This document shows positions 61,727-64,000 of a stretch of DNA of 64,000 nt, piece by piece. The position numbers and the translations under genes were made by a program. The stretch spans positions 160,001-224,000 of the forward strand of contig JAHHIM010000001.1 in the NCBI GenBank assembly GCA_019358915.1. Reading direction: 5' to 3'. The stretch comes from Trichormus sp. ATA11-4-KO1. Lineage in GTDB: Bacteria; Cyanobacteriota; Cyanobacteriia; Cyanobacteriales; Nostocaceae. Positions within the stretch are counted from its first letter, which is position 1; every line of letters begins with the position of its first letter. Below the pieces are notes generated by a model. The model did no database searches, had not been told where the DNA came from, and saw nothing but the letters and a program-made list of their open reading frames with translations.

Positions 61727-63325
61727 ATGAAAGATAGTGCATCTGACCCAACGACTGACATCGCTAGAGAATACCTGGAACGGGAAAACAAGGAAAAACA
61801 GGTACTATCTTTACTCTTAGAGAAGTTTTTAGGGAGAAAAGATCAAATTCTCGTTCAAAAAACCGAGATGGGTGGTACTGAGGCTTATGTTAGCTCTGTT
61901 ACCTTGGAATGGTTTGCAGGTCGGGTTCACTTCGCCTCTGGCTTACCTCTGTTTCAGAAAAAATACAATCCAGAGACTGAAAATGTCGAGATTGACGCGG
62001 ATAGTATTGATGAAATTCAGCAACGTCCCCTTGATTGGTCACGTCAAGCACCGCTAGTGCAGTATTTAGCAGCTAGACACAACCACAAGTTTCCGCCAGT
62101 ACTGGTAGTAATTAATCAACCGTGGGTGGATAATCCCAAAGCTGCTGAGTGGGATAGCGAAGGACGCGCCACCAAGTCTACTACTGATTTTATACCCTTA
62201 GATAAAGACGCTAAAGTAGGTCTACTAAATATTTCTGAGGATGATGTGACTATTTATGCATTAGATGGTCAACACCGACTCATGGGTGTACAGGGATTGA
62301 TGGAGTTAATTAAAACTCGTAAACTCCAGCGATATAAAAAAGATAAAGCTGCTGATGACAGTTTTATTACAGTCAATGACTTGATAGAAAAGTATCAAGT
62401 AGACCTTGCTTACTTGCAAAACTTACCCAAGGAAAAAATTGGTATTGAGTTCATCTGTGCGGTAGCGGCTGGGGAAACTCGCACCGAGGCAAGGCGGAGG
62501 GTGAGATCGATTTTTGTTCATGTCAACCTGATGGCTGCACCGTTGACTAAGGGTCAGCTAACACAGTTGAATGAAGATGATGGTTTTGCGATCGTTGCTA
62601 GAAAAATTGCCGTTACACATCCACTATTGGAACAACGACAAGACCGTAAACCCCGTGTTAATTGGAATAGTGCAACAGTGGCTTCCAATTCTACCGTTTT
62701 GACAACATTGCAAGCTCTGCAAGATATGTCTGAGCGGTATTTGGCTCAAAAGTTTCCTCACTGGAAACCCTTGGAGAAAGGGTTAATTCCTATGCGTCCA
62801 GAGGATGGAGAACTTGAACAGGGAATTGAGGAATTTAAAAAGCTATTTGATAATTTGGCTAGTCTTTCTAGTTATAAGATTTTAGAACATGAGGATACAC
62901 CAGCTTTACGGCGCTTCAGCTTTGAGAAAGATGGAGGTGAAGGAAATATGCTTTTCCGTCCAGTTGCTCAAGTTGCTTTAGCGCAAGCTTTGGGAATTTT
63001 GGTATTTAAAAAAGGTTTTTCCCTGGTAGATATTTTTAAGAAACTGCGGAAGTTTGATCAGCAAGGCGGCTTTAGTGGTATGGAATATCCTCAATCTCTC
63101 TGGTACGGGGTTTTGTATGACCCAAATAAAAAGCGAGTGCAGGTTGCTGGACGAGATTTAGCGGCGAAGTTATTGGTTTACATTCTGGGTGGAATTCAGG
63201 AACAGATGGAACGTGCTGAACTTCGTAAGGCTTTGGCGGATGCTAGAACTGTGGAAGATAATACCGTCGGTTTTGATGGCAGCCTAGTTGAACTCAGGCA
63301 GGTTGGGCTTCCATCTCTTTTATAA
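61727..63325 (+). CDS. DGQHR-domain (DndB/ParB-like) protein
   Basis: QRPLD, FPP, ALDGQHRL and IFVHVN motifs; divergent from dndC. Confidence 0.9.
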   Translation: MKDSASDPTTDIAREYLERENKEKQVLSLLLEKFLGRKDQILVQKTEMGGTEAYVSSVTLEWFAGRVHFASGLPLFQKKYNPETENVEIDADSIDEIQQRPLDWSRQAPLVQYLAARHNHKFPPVLVVINQPWVDNPKAAEWDSEGRATKSTTDFIPLDKDAKVGLLNISEDDVTIYALDGQHRLMGVQGLMELIKTRKLQRYKKDKAADDSFITVNDLIEKYQVDLAYLQNLPKEKIGIEFICAVAAGETRTEARRRVRSIFVHVNLMAAPLTKGQLTQLNEDDGFAIVARKIAVTHPLLEQRQDRKPRVNWNSATVASNSTVLTTLQALQDMSERYLAQKFPHWKPLEKGLIPMRPEDGELEQGIEEFKKLFDNLASLSSYKILEHEDTPALRRFSFEKDGGEGNMLFRPVAQVALAQALGILVFKKGFSLVDIFKKLRKFDQQGGFSGMEYPQSLWYGVLYDPNKKRVQVAGRDLAAKLLVYILGGIQEQMERAELRKALADARTVEDNTVGFDGSLVELRQVGLPSLL

Positions 63326-63458
63326 GTATTAAAATATAACAAAGAGTGTTTCTGTTTTGACAAGTTATGATAAACAACACTTGCTAGGCAGAAACACTCA
63401 AAAATGATATATTTAAAGTATCTGTTTTCAACTTAAGTTGAACGTACTCTTATGAAAA

Positions 63459-64000
63459 TTACCCGATTAATCGAATTCCCGTTTGCTTATCTATTTCTTT
63501 TAAAGCAACGTTAAAAGCCTTGTCCAAGGCTGCCATTTGTGTGACAATCTTTTTATTACCTTCGTCATCAACTAAAACAACATTATTTTGCCACAGTTTT
63601 GAGTCTCTTGTGTAATCAAGATTGGCAACAGCTTTAATCAATTGGCTTCGCTCTTCATCGGTAAATTCTTTTCCAAAGAAGATAAGATGTCCTAACTTAC
63701 TAATTATTTGAAACCCTACAGAGTTAAAGTCTATCCTCTGTTGTCTTAAAGTGTACAAATCAAGATTTGCTGTTTCTGATGCAGGCTTTAGGAGGGGTTT
63801 CCAGGCATCATTATTTTGACAAAATTCCGCGTAAAAGATTCTTGCTTTTGCTAAAAGAAGACTACTTTCTCCCTTTTTTTGATTAGACCGAGATTCTATT
63901 ACTTGTTTTCGAGATGAGCCAAATAAGAACTCAGCAGTACAAACCTTTAATTGGTTCATAGTAAACAGATAATTTGGATCTTTGCCAACTGTTCTTGATA
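63459..64000 (-). CDS. C-terminal part of a probable DndB/DGQHR-family protein (starts beyond the window)
   Basis: The frame is open to the window edge: ...SRTVGKDPNYLFTMNQLK...LRQQRIDFNSVGFQII..LG...DY.RD..LW, resembling DndB C-terminal regions; genomic context. Confidence 0.6.
   Translation of the reverse strand, partial: SRTVGKDPNYLFTMNQLKVCTAEFLFGSSRKQVIESRSNQKKGESSLLLAKARIFYAEFCQNNDAWKPLLKPASETANLDLYTLRQQRIDFNSVGFQIISKLGHLIFFGKEFTDEERSQLIKAVANLDYTRDSKLWQNNVVLVDDEGNKKIVTQMAALDKAFNVALKEIDKQTGIRLIG

Noticed and set aside
1..64000. CRISPR array or cas genes
   Set aside because: No regularly spaced direct repeats with unique spacers and no cas motifs were seen. The palindrome at about 21660 is not followed by an array.
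1..64000. tRNA or rRNA genes
   Set aside because: No cloverleaf with a T-loop/acceptor stem and no rRNA-like sequence was recognised. The TTCGA hits belong to repeats.

Overview
A 64 kb chromosomal window from a filamentous cyanobacterium, probably Nostoc/Anabaena-like. This is inferred from abundant HIP1 (GCGATCGC) sites, heptamer STRR repeats and typical gene content. Most of the window is housekeeping: lpxB end, a C5 DNA methyltransferase, radC, recG, rpsB-tsf with a t44-like leader, argG, rpsF with an S6:S18-like leader, glyA, a wecA-like gene, cinA, an amylase/CGTase, mscL, pepN and ampG. Two accessory blocks stand out. (1) A phosphate-scavenging island at about 11.1-25.6 kb carries tandem phoX paralogues, a CDF metal exporter, a PhoA-type phosphatase and a small secreted protein. 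It ends with an uncharacterised pair, a 140-aa Gly/Ala/Ser-rich secreted protein and an ~800-aa predicted outer-membrane beta-barrel protein. Six SphR/Pho-box-like 11-bp-periodic motifs lie across the island, including one directly upstream of that pair, which is my best candidate for an undescribed system. (2) A DNA phosphorothioation locus at 54.4-64 kb carries dndC, dndD, dndE, two DGQHR/DndB-family genes and the Dnd-associated putative methyltransferase. It is interrupted by a Uma2 gene and a toxin-antitoxin pair whose mazF-like toxin has a premature stop. Intergenic DNA holds several MITE-like and nested miniature repeats, including three near-identical 173-bp copies and a probable IS200/IS605 right-end relic. 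All calls come from reading motifs by eye; no database searches were run.
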